Part shown: positions 1-12,600 of the stretch, piece by piece
How positions within the stretch are numbered: position 1 is the stretch's first letter
Layout: every line of letters begins with the position of its first letter
Translations under genes and position numbers: made by a program
Assembly (NCBI GenBank): GCA_965240325.2
Contig: OZ251224.1
Span: 2,790,001 to 2,854,000 of the forward strand
Direction of reading: 5' to 3'
Origin: Rebecca billardiae RCC1528
Taxonomy: Eukaryota; Protista; Haptophyta
Length of the DNA: 64,000 nt
Notes under the pieces: generated by a model
The model's database searches: none
What the model was told of the DNA's origin: nothing
Seen by the model: only the letters and a program-made list of their open reading frames with translations

Positions 1-1
1 C

Positions 2-964
2 GCCTCCTTTGCGCTCGGCATGACCGGCGGCCATGCTGACGAGCAGTACGAGCCGCTCGCGGCCGTTGACAACGCGGGCGCGAAGAGCGTGTACGCGAAC
101 GGGTACACCGGGCTGTGCGACGGGCCGGCGGAGTGCGTGAAGCGCACGCGCGAGCAGCTGCGCGCGCAGGCCGACGTGATCAAGGTGATGGCCACCGGCG
201 GCGTCCTCTCGGCGTTCGACTCGCCCACGGACCAGGAGCTCTCTCGCGCGGAGGTGAGCGCGATCGTCTCTGAGGCGGCGCGCGCGCGGCGCGTGGTCGC
301 CGCGCACGCGCACGGCGCGCTGGGCATCGTCAACGCGATCGAGTCCGGCGTGCACACGATCGAGCACGGCTCGTACGGCAACGCGACGATCTGGCGCCTC
401 GCCAAGGCCAAGGGCGTGCTGTACACGCCGACCATCGCGATCACGCAGACGTTCAACGGCACGCGGCCGGCCGCGTACAATGAGCGCCAGTGGGCGAAGG
501 GCGTGGAGGTGCTGCAGCACCACAGCGCGTCGGTACGCGCGGCGCTACGCGAGGGCGTGACGATCACGACGGGCACCGACTGCCCCTTCGGCTCGTGCGC
601 CCACGTCGGCTCGGAGCTCGTGTACCTGCATGAACTGTTTGGCGTGCCGCCGCTCGACGCGATCCGGATGGGCACGGCCAACGCGCCGCTCGCGCTGGGT
701 GAGCTTGGCATGGCGCCGCGCACGGGGCGGCTCGCCGCGGGGTACGTGGCGGACATGATCGGGCTCAGCGAGTCGCCGCTCGAGCGCATCCGCGTGCTCG
801 CCGAGCCGCGCAGCGTCACGCACGTGTGGAAAGCTGGGCGGCTCGTCAAGCACCCGCGCACGGACGTGTGCGCGCCGGTCGCGGACGGGCTGGCCGACCC
901 GCGCCGCGCGGTCGCCTCGGCGAGCAGCGCGCTCGCGCACGTCACCGCCGCGAGCTCGTACTGA
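2..964 (+). CDS. Amidohydrolase-superfamily enzyme (prolidase/Xaa-Pro dipeptidase-like, ochratoxinase-like subgroup), 5'-truncated by window edge
   Basis: Frame is open from base 2 (ASFALGMTGGHAD). Motifs TGGHAD, ADVIKVMATGGVLS (carboxy-Lys), AAHAHG, TIEHG, GTD and G-x-L-x-x-G-x-x-AD are typical of this subgroup. Ends with TGA at 962-964. Confidence 0.88.
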   Translation, partial: ASFALGMTGGHADEQYEPLAAVDNAGAKSVYANGYTGLCDGPAECVKRTREQLRAQADVIKVMATGGVLSAFDSPTDQELSRAEVSAIVSEAARARRVVAAHAHGALGIVNAIESGVHTIEHGSYGNATIWRLAKAKGVLYTPTIAITQTFNGTRPAAYNERQWAKGVEVLQHHSASVRAALREGVTITTGTDCPFGSCAHVGSELVYLHELFGVPPLDAIRMGTANAPLALGELGMAPRTGRLAAGYVADMIGLSESPLERIRVLAEPRSVTHVWKAGRLVKHPRTDVCAPVADGLADPRRAVASASSALAHVTAASSY

Positions 965-1180
965 CGATCGTACATACGAGACATCCGGCCGGCTTTGGCA
1001 TCGTCTGGTTGATGGGCTGCCGCGGTGCCGCCGAGAGGCGAGACGCAGCAGGCAGCAGCACAACAAGTGTGACGATATGATGATGGCGCCTGCTGCGCTT
1101 ACATCAATTATTGGTCACATCATCCGCCGCTGTGCGCCATTAGCGTCTGTCTATCTATATATCTATCTATCTAGATCTAT

Positions 1181-2514
1181 GGGTGGAATTCCCATTTTCT
1201 GGCGCACTTCCGCACTGGGGAGGCGGAAAAGCGCGCCATTTAATACGGAAATAAGCTAATAAAAAGGCATTTGTTATAAAAGAAATAAGCGCGCACGCAG
1301 TGCGAAGAAATTTTTTCGGCGGTGTAGTATGCGAATATCACCATACATCTGCGTACGCGGCGTCCCGAGCACCCTCGGGGCTCAGCTGCGGCTCGGCCTG
1401 CGCACGCTCAGCAAGCTCGCGTGCGGCAGCCTTTCCCTTGCCCCGCCTCGAGCAAGACTCACTATGAGGATTGACGTATGACTATGAGTGAGCGTGTGCC
1501 GCCGAAAGCTGCTGTCCGACAGCCACCCGCGGCTGCAGCCGCTGGCCGCGGTGCCTGGCCTCGGCGCGGGCCCCGCAGGCCTCCTCCTCCTGCGCGCCTC
1601 CTCCAGGCGTTTGGGCCGCCGCCGCCTTGGCCGCCTCGTCCTCGTCGATCAGCTGAACGGCGGGAGTGATGTCTGTGCTCAGCTGACTGCGACTTGACGA
1701 GCGAGGCGACGAGCGACAGCAGCCCGATGACCAAGCCGACGAGCTCGTCGTACGAGCCGTCACGCGTGCGCTCGTGCTGTGTCTGAGCTGGCTCGCGCTC
1801 GTACGCCGACCAGGCTTTGCTCGGACTGAACGCGTCTTCTCAGGCGTCTTTGCGTGTGCGCTTGGGCGGCCGCGGGCCGTCATCTGGTCCGACCGCGCGC
1901 AGCTCGAGCTCGGAAGCGTTGAGCTGCTCCACGGTCGACTCGCTTTCTGCCTCAGGCTCGACCACGGCAGCAGGCCCCGCAGCAGCCGCCTGATAGCATC
2001 GGCAGGGGCCCCTGCGCCACCCGCCGCCGTCCGCACATCGGCCAGCTTGGCGCACACGCGCTGGACCACGGCCTCGCCGCGCTTGACGCGGATGTGGTGC
2101 CAGGTCGTCGTGCCAATCGCTTGGCGATTGGCAACGGGTGCGGGCACCTCGATCACGACAACGCCTGTCGCGTAGGCTGTGTAGCGATGACCGTCCACGA
2201 CTCCGTCGCGGGTGGACGGCGCCATGCACCGGTGGGCACGCCATCGCGGCCGTGGACGCAAGTGAATTCATGAATTGTTTTTGAATTCACTAATTCGCCC
2301 AGGCCGCTACGTTGAACTCGAGCACGGACAATCCAGGTTACAACCGCGATCTTTTGACTGTGTGAATGGGGCGCCGCCCCATGCTCAAATCCGAAGAGAA
2401 CGAAGTTGTAACATTGCCTGGTCCCTAGATACTATGCTGTCCGGGTCCAGTCCGGGGCGGATCTGAGCAGCCGGATTTTCCGCCCGGACAGGCCAGAAAA
2501 TGGGGTTTTCACCC
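1181..2514. mobile_element. Non-autonomous TIR DNA element (1334 bp) with 23-bp TIRs and 4-bp CTAT target-site duplication
   Basis: Left end GGGTGGAATTCCCATTTTCTGGC (1181-1203) vs reverse complement of 2492-2514 GGGTGAAAACCCCATTTTCTGGC (20/23 identical). CTAT lies at 1177-1180 and 2515-2518. Interior holds only broken ORFs. Confidence 0.7.
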
Positions 2515-3288
2515 CTATCCGTATCATTCTATATATCTGCTATCTGTAACTATATATGTGGGGTTATTGGCACAATAACTGATATTGTCTAAGAGGACGG
2601 TGGGAGCGCAATGCGCCGTATCAACACCTGCCTGCCATTCGGCCCGAGCCAGGCGGCCGAGCTCAAGTCGGGCTGCCATCTTGGCCACCCTCGCGATCTT
2701 CTCGTGCCACGAGGGACTTTCGAGCCTGCTCTGTGCGCTCGCACAACGACCCCGAACAACCTACTTTGCTGTGATGCTCCTGGGCCTTAGGCAAATAGGC
2801 AAGGTTGGCGGCGGCACAGGACGGCCAATTGGTGAACTGGGTTTTATCATCAGGCGCCGAGCGAACCGACGCAGTCCAGTGCCTCTCGCTCACTCGCAGC
2901 AAACGCCCTTCGGAAGTGCCCACTGGCATGATGGCTGCAGCTGTTTCCGGCCCGCATCTTCGCGATGCCCTCTGCACGATGGTGCTTCGTGCCTTGCTCT
3001 CGTGCGGCTTGGCGGCTCTCGAGCTGCGCCTTCCAAGCTGCCCCGCCCGCCCGCCCCTGCTGTTGCCAGCTTGTTGCCTGGCACTTTTGCTGCTGCGTCG
3101 GCGCGGTGCGCCCTCCGCCGTCGATGCTGCTCCTCGGTTTGGCATGCTGCTCGCTCTCTCAGTCTGCGGGCCGGCGCGCGGAGATCCATCACACCGCGCG
3201 TCTGTCGGCGTCGAGCGGCCAGTCCTGCCGCGCGCTCGGCCCGAGCGCTGGCTGCCGCTCGCACTTTGTTTCCGAGGAACAAAATCGT

Positions 3289-3326
3289 CTATCTATCTAT
3301 CATATATATATATATTAACGACGTGG

Positions 3327-3410
<84 letters not shown>

Positions 3411-3510
3411 ACAGTAGCTATAAACGGTAGCTTACGGATCTCAATCTATAGATCGACTATCTGCATCAGATCTAGATCTAGATCTATAGATCTAGATCTA
3501 GATCTATCTA
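3289..3510. repeat. Compound microsatellite: (CTAT)n/(TA)n, TTAACGACGTGG core, (GA)n to 3408, then AGATCT-type palindromic repeats
   Basis: Read directly; the (GA)n tract produces the spurious RERERE ORFs. Confidence 0.95.
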
Positions 3511-3605
3511 CAGCAGTATATCTATATCATATCAATCGACGATCGATCGATGATCGTCTACTGCTACCTTATCAGTGTTGATTATTGTGCCCGCCCGTAG
3601 TATTT

Positions 3606-6600
3606 TCATGAGCGCGCACCCGCGCCGCTGGCTGTGCGCGCGCGCCGAAGCAGCGCGCCACCTGCGATGCGGAGCGCAACGATCGGCGCATCCTGCACGG
3701 CGAGGGTCGCGCAGAGCGAGACGCCCCACGAGAAGAGCATCGCCACCGTGCGCCGCTCGCCGAGGCCTGTGCCGAGCACTACCACGAGCACGCACAGCCC
3801 GGCGAAGCTGCCGAGTGCCGCCGCCCACACGAGCGCGAGCCGCATGTGGAGTGGGTGGCTTGGCTCTGGCTTGAGCTCGGATGTCGCCTCCTCAGAGTCA
3901 GGCCGGCGGCGCGCGTCGGCGGCCTTAGCGCGCGCGTACCACACACACAGCGCGTCGCGGTCCACGCGCGGCTGCCCGCCCGCCACGCGGTCCGCGCGGT
4001 CCGCGGCCGCGGCGGCGAGCGTGCGCAGCAGCGCGCGCAGCTCGTGCGCCGTCATCGGGTCTCGCAGCTCGATCGTGAGCAGCCGAAGCGCGCGCAGGCT
4101 GAGGCAGCCGTCGTGCTCTGACTCGAAGAGGCGGATGAGCGTGCGCAGCGCGTGCAGCTCAACGTCTCCCAGTCCGGGGATTGGCGACGAGCCGCGGTGG
4201 GAGGGTGCAGCGCGCGGCGGCGGAGAGACAGGTACGGCAGCGGCGGCCGTCGAGGTCGCGTCTGTGCCCGGCGCCGCGCGCATGCTGGCGAAGCGGCGCG
4301 CTGGCAGCTGGGGCTGGGCGGCCGTGGCGGCGCCGATGGCTTGGTCGGCGGCTGGCGTCGACGCGAGCCCGTCGCCCTCCGCGTGCTCTTCGCCGTCTCG
4401 TGACGGCGCAGGTGCGGCCGCCGTTGCGGGCAGGATCGCTTGATGGCTTTCCGCCTGTGGCGGCGGTACGCTCACCGTGCGCAGCGAGCGCTTGTCTGCG
4501 GCGGCGGGTGGCGCCGCGGCCGGCATGTGCGCATGCGGCAGCGCCGGAGACTCCGTGGTATCCGGCGGCTCGGGCGTGGGCGTGCCATGCGCGGCGCTAG
4601 GCTGCGTGGCGCCCACGCCCGCGCCCGCTGGCGCCGCGGCCGGGCTGGACTGCGCCGGCTCGGCGGCAGGCGGTTCAGAGTCGCCGACCGGGGCGGCGCG
4701 GCAGCGAGTAGCGGCCGGATTCGGCCCGTCCGGACTTCCGTGCCCAGGGTCGACGCGCGTGCGGCGCGGAGCGAGCGGCGCGCTGTCTGCGGCCTCGGGC
4801 CGAGGGCCAGCCGGCGCTGCCGCTGGCGCCGCCGCTGGCGCAGGGCACGGCGCGCCAGGCGCGCGGGATGTGTCCGCCTTTGCCGCCGCGTCGTCACGAG
4901 CGCCGCCGCGCGGCGAGCCGACGTCGGCGGCCGCGCGCGGCGCAGCTGGCGTCGGCTGCAGCCTCGCCTGCGACGCCGTCCGCGTGGGCCCGCAGAGTGA
5001 GCCGCGCCGGGACCCAGGGCACGAGCCGCGCCTCGCCCCAGGAATGAGCGCCTGGGCGGTGGACGGGTCAGGCTCGGGCGTCGAGCCCTCTGCTGGCGTC
5101 GGCTGCAGCCTCGCCTGCGACGCCGTCCGCGTGGGCCCGCAGAGTGAGCCGCGCCGGGACCCAGGGCACGAGCCGCGCCTCGCCCCAGGAATGAGCGCCT
5201 GGGCGGTGGACGGGTCAGGCTCGGGCGTCGAGCCCTCTGCTGGCGTCGGCTGCAGCCTCGCCTGCGACGCCGTCCGCGTGGGCCCGCAGAGTGAGCCGCG
5301 CCGGGACCCAGGGCACGAGCCGCGCCTCGCCCCAGGAATGAGCGCCTGGGCGGTGGACGGGTCAGGCTCGGGCGTCGAGCCCTCTGCTGGCGTCGGCTGC
5401 AGCCTCGCCTGCGACGCCGTCCGCGTGGGCCCGCAGAGTGAGCCGCGCCGGGACCCAGGGCACGAGCCGCGCCTCGCCCCAGGAATGAGCGCCTGGGCGG
5501 TGGACGGGTCAGGCTCGGGCGTCGAGCCGTGCGCGGCAGCGGGCAGGGGACGCTCCTGCTGGGTCTGGTCCGGCAGGTCCGGCTCATTCAGGCCGGCAGC
5601 GTGCGGCGTGGTGCGCGCGCGGAGGGCACATGTGCGCGCATCCTCGCCGCCCTCCCCGTCGGCGGCCATGACCGTCGCGCCGGCGGTGGTCGGGCGTGCC
5701 AAGGCGCGTGGCGGCGGCTCGGCCGCGGGCGCGGGCGCTGCCTGAACCAGCGCTGCCAGCACCGCCGCAGCCGACGTGCACGCGTCGGGCGTGGCGTCGG
5801 CCGGCGCGGTAGCACCTGCCATGTTCCACGCCGTGCGCGCGGGCAGCGTGAATGCCGGCGCCCTCCAGGGCGTCTCCTGGCGGCCGCGGGGCGCGGGTCT
5901 GGCTGAGGCCACCCCCGCGCGTGAGCGCGGCGGCTCGTGCGGCGGCGGCGCACGTGGCGGCGACGGCGGCGGTGACGGTGGCGGCGCGTCGCCCTCGGCG
6001 GTGTGCCTGCTGTCACTCGACAGCCCGCCGTCACTCAGCCGCGCAGGGCGCTTGAGCGCACGCTCGGGTGAGACAGCGCAGCTGTGCTCCGCGCTGGTGT
6101 CGTGCTCCGAGTCGCTGAGCCGCGGGTCGAGCCGCGGCGAGCTCGGCAAGAGCAGCGCGCGTGCGGCGCCCGCCGCGGCGCGCGCGCTCGCGCTCCCAGG
6201 CCGCACGCGCGCCGCCCGGCAGCATGCACTTCCGGGCCGATCATGCGCGCGGCCGACGTCGGCATTCTCACCGCCCGCGGCGGCGGAGCGGCGCAGAGGG
6301 TCGGCTGCATCGCTGCTGCGCGGCCGCGGGCGGCGCAGCGCGGCCGTGCCTGAGCCTTTCTCCGCCTCCTCCGCCTCCGCGTCCGCCGCGCGCCGCGCGC
6401 GCTCAAGCTGCGCTGAAGCCAGCCGGTCAGTAAGCGCACTGCGCGGCCGCTGGAGAGGCGCCACGATCGAGCCGCCGCTCAGCGCGACGCTCGCGCCCGC
6501 CGAGGATGGGCGGCTCGGCGGATGCGGGGCGCGCGACACGCTCGCGGGTCGCCGCTCCGCCGAGCCACCCTGCGCGCCGCCGCGGGCCGCGGTGGCGCCG

Positions 6601-9600
6601 TCGCTGTCAGCGAGCCCAGGCGAGACAGGCGCGGGCGGGCGCGCGCGCTGAGCGCGCGTGGGCAAGACCCGCCCCGCCCCGCCACCCAAGTCTGCAGCCG
6701 GCGGGCTCCGCGCCGAGCGCTCCAACCGCCCCGCCGCCGAGACCTCGCCGCCAGCCCACGACGGCTGCGCCGGCGGCGCGGCTGGAGGTGACATCGGGAG
6801 CGTGCAGCCGAGGTTGCCTGGTCGGCGCGAAGCCGCGCCGGCGCTCCCCGGAGCGTGCGCCTGTGCCTGGCGGGCCTCCGCCCAGCCGGACACGTCCGCC
6901 GGGGACACAAGGCCGACGGAGCGCGGCGCGCTGTCGTGTGCGGATGTAGAATATAGACTCTCCTCCACGGACGCCGCACCGCAGGTGCCGTGGCCGCCGC
7001 CGCCGCCGCCGCGCGCAACGTCCGCTGGCTGCCGGCTGCACGACTCGACCATCGACTCAACGATGGAGGACAGCCGGGCGGAGCGGACGCCGGACGCGAG
7101 CAGCAGCTGGCCGTCCAGCGCGGCGCGCAGCGCGCGGTACAGCCGCTGCGGCGGCGTGCATTTCTCGTGCGCGTGCGCGAGCGCCCACGCCGCGCGGCAG
7201 CCGTGCACGCCCGCCGTTCCGACCGCCAGCCCCAGCAGTGCAACCAGAGCGATCGCGCCCGGCGAAGGGTCCGGGCGCCCGCCGGTGGCGCGCGAATCCT
7301 CCTCGTACAGCGCGGCCTCCGCGGCCAGCTGCAGCGCCGCCGCCCAGAACACCGACTGCGCGAGCTCCGCGCGGCGGACGGTGCGCGCGAGAGGCGCAAA
7401 GAGCAGCAGCAGCAGCAGGTGCTCGTCCGCGCCGCGCTGCGCGATCGCGCGCGCGCGCGCGCGCCACTCAGTGCGCCACGCGGAGCGGGTGGTGTCCGCG
7501 CCATCCGGCTGAGCCGGGGTCGGCGCGGCCGCCACGGGCGCGGCCCGCGGCGCAACGCTCGGGCCCGTGTCCGCCACCGATGTGTCGCCGCCGCCATCCG
7601 CAGCCGAGCGGCAGCTTGCGGCGGCGGGCGGGGCGAGCAGGCCGTTGGCGCCGCGCCGCGCCTCGGCAGTGTCCGCCGGGGCGGAGGCGCTCTCGGCGGC
7701 CCCAGCGGCGGCGGCGGCGGCCTCGGTGGCGACGGCCGCGGCTACTCGCGCGTACGCCTGCTCCGCGCGCCGGCGCTGTCGCACGGCTTCGAGCGTGCTC
7801 GGCTCATCAGGGCCGGGCGGCGCGCGCAGCGGCGAGCGCGCCGCCGTGCGTGTCGCGTCGTCGGCATGGCCAGCGCCGCTGCTGCTGTTCAGCCGGCCGA
7901 GCACGCCCGCGCACGCACGGAGCGCGGCGGCGGAGGGGAAGGAAGACACAGGCAGCGCCAACGACCGGCGAGATGCAATCTCGGCCGCTCGAGATGCAAT
8001 CTCGGCCGCCGGCGCCACCCCGCTCGTCTTGAGCTCGGACGCGTGCCACCGCGCGTACTCCGTGCGCATGCGGCGGTCGGCGAGCAGCGCCAGCACCAGC
8101 GCTAGCGCGTGCGCGCCGACGAGCAGGTACACGAGCCTTGTGATCGTCTCGTTGAACGGCACCCGACCTCCGGGCTGCTCGAGCAGAGCTGACGCGCCGC
8201 TGCCGGCTGTGAACGGGCCGGGCGGCGTGGCGTCGGCGTCGAGGGCGGCGTCGGCGGCGGGATCGCGCGGGACGAGCCCCGCGAACGTGGTCAGGTGATC
8301 GCACGCGCAGTAGAGCGCGGCCGGGTCGCGGCCGGCCGGCGCGTCGACCGCGACGCAGCCGTCCGATCGCCACAGGCGCGCCGCCTCGTCGAGGAAGCGG
8401 CAGCCGACGGCGGTGGCGGCGGCGGCGGGTTGCACGCTCGCGCGGCCGAGGAGCGGAGGGAGCTGCAGCAGCACTGGCTCGGGCAGCGCGCGCACGGTGA
8501 GCGCCGCCGCGCCCGCACCCGCACCCGGCGCGTACAGCGAGGCGGAGATCACGGCCGTGGAGATCTCGCCGCCAGACTCGCTGGACGCGGCGCCAACGGC
8601 CGCCGCCAGCTCGGCCGGGTGGTCCGGATGGTCCGGATGGTCCGTCGCGTTGCGCAGCGCCATGTCAACGTCCACCTCGCGCGTCGCGATGGCGCTGATC
8701 ACCACGTCGACCGAGCCGTCGGGGCCGAGCGCGGCGGCGGGCTGCGCGAGCACCGCCGACGCGGGCACGCGCACGCCGCCGCCCGTGCGGCGCAGCTCGA
8801 CCCACTCGGTCCAATCGGCGGCGCCGCGCGCTTCAGCGTCGGCGGCGCTAGCCGGCGGCAGCGTGCCGGCGCGCACGCGCGCGGCGGCGACGCTCACCGC
8901 GACGCCCGCGAGCTGCACGGGCGGCTCACCCGGCACGGCGCCGACGAGCATTGCGCGCGCCAGCGTCGTCGCCAGCTCCAGCGTCGCGACGCCCACCGCC
9001 ACCGACTCGTCCGCGCTCACGCCGCGTGTCGCGTTGGCAAGCAGCGATCGGTCGGCCGCGCGGACGAGCGCCTCTGCGGTCGGGCCGTCGATGCCGAAGC
9101 CGGCGTCGAGCGCGGCGCGCGCGAGCGAGGCGGCCTGCGCGAGCGTCTCCGCCTGCGCCTCGCCGTCGTAGTCCAGCGACGCCCACGACTCCGCCACCGC
9201 GGCGAGCGCGGCCGCGTGCTGCGCGCGACCGTTGGTGCTCGGCGGCGCCAGATCCGACGCCGCGCGCACCACGGCCAGCAGCGCGCGCGCGGGCGCGGGC
9301 GCGGCGGCGTCGAGCTGCGCGATGGCGGTGACGAGAGTGAGCGCGGTGGACGCGTCGGAGCGCTCGAGCGCGTCCTGCGCGCGCGCCACCAGCGCCTCCA
9401 CCGCCGCCGCGTCGAGCTCGGCGCGCGGCGGCGGCAGCACGTCGACGGCCGCGCCCGTGCGCGCCTCGGCGCCATGCGCGTCCGCGACGCGCGCCGCGAC
9501 AACGAGCGCGCCCGCGGGCAGCAGCACGGCTCTGAGCGTCGGGCTGTCCACCGCGGGCGCGCCCAGCGGCACCGCGCGCCCGCCGCCCGCCTCGGCCGCC

Positions 9601-12600
9601 AGCCGCTCGAGCGGGTCGCCGCCGTACCCAGCTGGGTAATGTGAGTACTCGAACGCGTAGCTGAGCGGCAGGTCGTCTGCGCCGCCGTCGTCCGTCCAGC
9701 CGGCGGCGAGCAGGTCGACGGGCTCGGCGAGGCGGATGGTGGGGAGCGTGGCCGAGGACGCCGCCGCCGCCGCCGCGCGGGGCCACACCGCCAGCGTGCC
9801 GCCGTGCGGAGGGCGGTTCACGCGGACGGCAACCGTCGCCACGCCCGTCGGCGCCGCGCCCTGCGCGCCCGGCGCGCCCGCGCCTGCCGCGACACTCGAG
9901 TCCCCCGCGCGGCGCGTGACGCTGAGCTCGAAGAGATAGTGCGCGCCGGGGTGGAGCGCGCCGCTGCGGAAGGCGAGGACGGGCTGCGCGGCGCCCGTGC
10001 TCGTCGTGCCCACCGCGTCGCTCAGCTCGAGCGCCGACTGCACCCACAGCCCGCCGCCGCCGGGCGCGGGCTCGAGCGCGCGCCACGCGTAAGCATACGC
10101 GGCCGTGTCGAGCGGCGAGCGCGCGCCGATGGCGAGCCGCTCGGCGGGCAGCCGCCAGGTGGGGTTGACGACGCCGCCGCGCGGCAGCGGCTCGAGCGTG
10201 ACGGCGGGCGGCTCGCCGTGCGCCAGCACCTCGAGCCGCATGCTCGCGCTCGCCGCCAGCCCTGCGCCGGCCGCGGACGGCCGCACAGACACGGTCAGGG
10301 CGAGGGTGTATGTGCCACCGCCGAGCGAGGCCGGCGGCAGCGTGAGCACGGGACCGGCGCAGCAGCCGTCGTCGGCTCCGTCGGCGTCGGCGGCGCTCGT
10401 GAGCGCGGTGGCGGCGGCGGTGCTCGCGTTCGGCGGCAGCGGCAGCGCCACGCCGCTCGCGCCGTCGCGCAGCGCCCACGCGTACGACAGCGCGCCCGCA
10501 CCCTCGGCCGCGTTCGGGTCGAAACTTCCGGAAGCGTCCGCGACGATGGGCGCGGCGGGGCCGACGCGGAGGCTGGCGGCGGCGAGGCGCGCGACGGGCG
10601 GCTGCGGGGCGCGCACGCGGAGGGTGGCGCGCGCGCTCGACGCGGCGGCCGGATCGTCCGCCATCGCGGCCACCACCTCAAGAGTGTACGCGTGCGCAGG
10701 CGTGAGCGTGTGCGGTGGGAACGAAAGCGATGCGCCGCGCGCGTGCGCCCGGAGGTCGAGCGACGCGGCCGCCGCCTCCGCCGCGGCGAAGTCGGCGTCG
10801 GTCGCGGCGGCGGCGTCGAGGGGCGCCACCGCGACGACGCGCCAGCCGAATGTGACGCGGCCCGGCCGCCCTTCGCCCCAGCACGGCGCGAGCCGCTCGA
10901 TGCGCGCGCGCAGCGCGACACCTGCTGCGGCGCGCACGGCGCTCGCCGGTACTCCGTCGATGGCGACCGTCGGGCTTGGTGTGCGCGTGCGCCGCACCTC
11001 CGTCCACGCGAGCACGGAGGGCACGCCGAGGAAGGAGATGACGCGGAGCGCGACCACGTACCCACGCGTCGAGTCCGCGGCCGGCAGACCGTCTAGCCTT
11101 GCGCTCGACGCCGACGGCGGCAGCGCAAGCAGCTCGCGCCCAACTCGCTCCGCACCCGCGCCCGAAGGACCGAGGTCCAGGCCCCAGCGAAATGTGGGTG
11201 CGCCGGCGCCGCCGCGGCTTGACGCGAGGCCGTCGAGGGCGAGCGTCTCGTTGGCGCACGCCGAGAGGGCCGCGGGCGCGCGCAGCACGGCGACGGGCGT
11301 CGGGCACGGCGCGTCGCCGCACGGCGCGTCAGGATCGACACTGACCGCGGTCGCGTCGTTGCCGCCCGCGCTGCCGCCCGCGCACCCGCCTGTTGCGAAG
11401 CAGTCTGCGGCGCGGACCGCGCCCGCGCGCACGCCCACGCGCGCGCCCGGGCCAGCGCGCGTGCCCGCGCCAAGCCGCGCCTCGAAGGTCGAGGCGTCGC
11501 GCCAGCGGCAGCTCAGCGGCGGGTCGGACGGCGCCGCGTCGCCGGCGAGCAGCTCGAGCGTCTCGTCGTCGAGCACCGCGCCGCACTCGCCGAGGCCTTC
11601 GCCCATCCGCGCGCGGTCGGTCGGCTGCGCGTCAAAGTGGACGAGCAGCGACGCGCCGCTCTCCGGGTCGAAGCGAGCGCGCAAGAAGACCGGCGAGTAC
11701 GGCTCGTCGTCGATTGTGTAGTAGACCGCTCTCGACCCGCCCGCCTCGCGCGGCGCGAACTGCTGCCCGTTGAGCGCCACGCGCACCTGCACGGGGCCGC
11801 TGGCGCCGGCGGCGTGCAGCGCGTACGCGGAGCGCTGGAGCGCGCTGCCGCTCCCGTCGGTCGAGAGCGCGAGCGGTCGCTCCGCGACGGCGTCGCCAAA
11901 GGCGAAGCGCACGTAGCTGCTGCCGAGCAGCGTGCCCGCGCCCGCCACAGAGCAGACGACGGCTGTGCGCGGCGGCCCGCGCGCCGGGCTGATGCGGAGC
12001 ACGCTCACCAGAGTCTCGTTGTAGTACTCAAAGAACAAGGGCGATGAGGAGGAGGAGGAGGAGGAGGAGGAGGAGGAGGGGTCTGGTGAGCCGGTGCTGC
12101 CGTCGTCGGGGTCGGCGCTGTTGGCGGACGGCGTGGCGGGGGTTGTAGTGCGCTGCGCCACCACGCGCGGCGCGCCGCCGGCCTCGTCACCAGCCGCCGG
12201 CGCCGCCACGCGGCCGAGCGCAAGGGCTACCAGCCCCGCGCCTGCCCTCGAGGGCGGGGTGACGCAGCGCGCGCGGCTCGTGCCGTTGAGAGGGCGCAGC
12301 AGCGTGGCGGCTGAGACGCACGCCTCGCCGTACAGCGCGGGCGCGACGCAGCACAGCCAGGCGGCGGCGCTCCCCGCGCCATCGCTGCCCTCGCCCGTAT
12401 CGTCAGCCGAGCCCGAGGCGCCAACGCCGGCGTCGGCGTCGGCGGCGAGGCCCGCTGCGAGCTCGAAGCCGCGCCCCTCCAGGGTGACCACCGTGCCGCC
12501 GTCCAGTGGCCCGAGCGGCGGGCGCACCGCCGTCACGCCCACCTCGGCCGAGAAGTCGTACAGTCGCACGGCCGGCGGCCCGAACAGCGTGGGCACGCGC

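Noticed and set aside
1462-2271. Minus-strand ORFs as a transposase
   Set aside because: No DDE, HUH or zinc-finger motif recognisable, and the frames are broken.
2585-3581. ORFs ending in RERERE (and HTHT/CVCV ORFs at 37894-38693)
   Set aside because: Translations of microsatellites with no domain content.
4945-5528. CRISPR-like array
   Set aside because: Contiguous coding repeats with no unique spacers, in a eukaryotic context.
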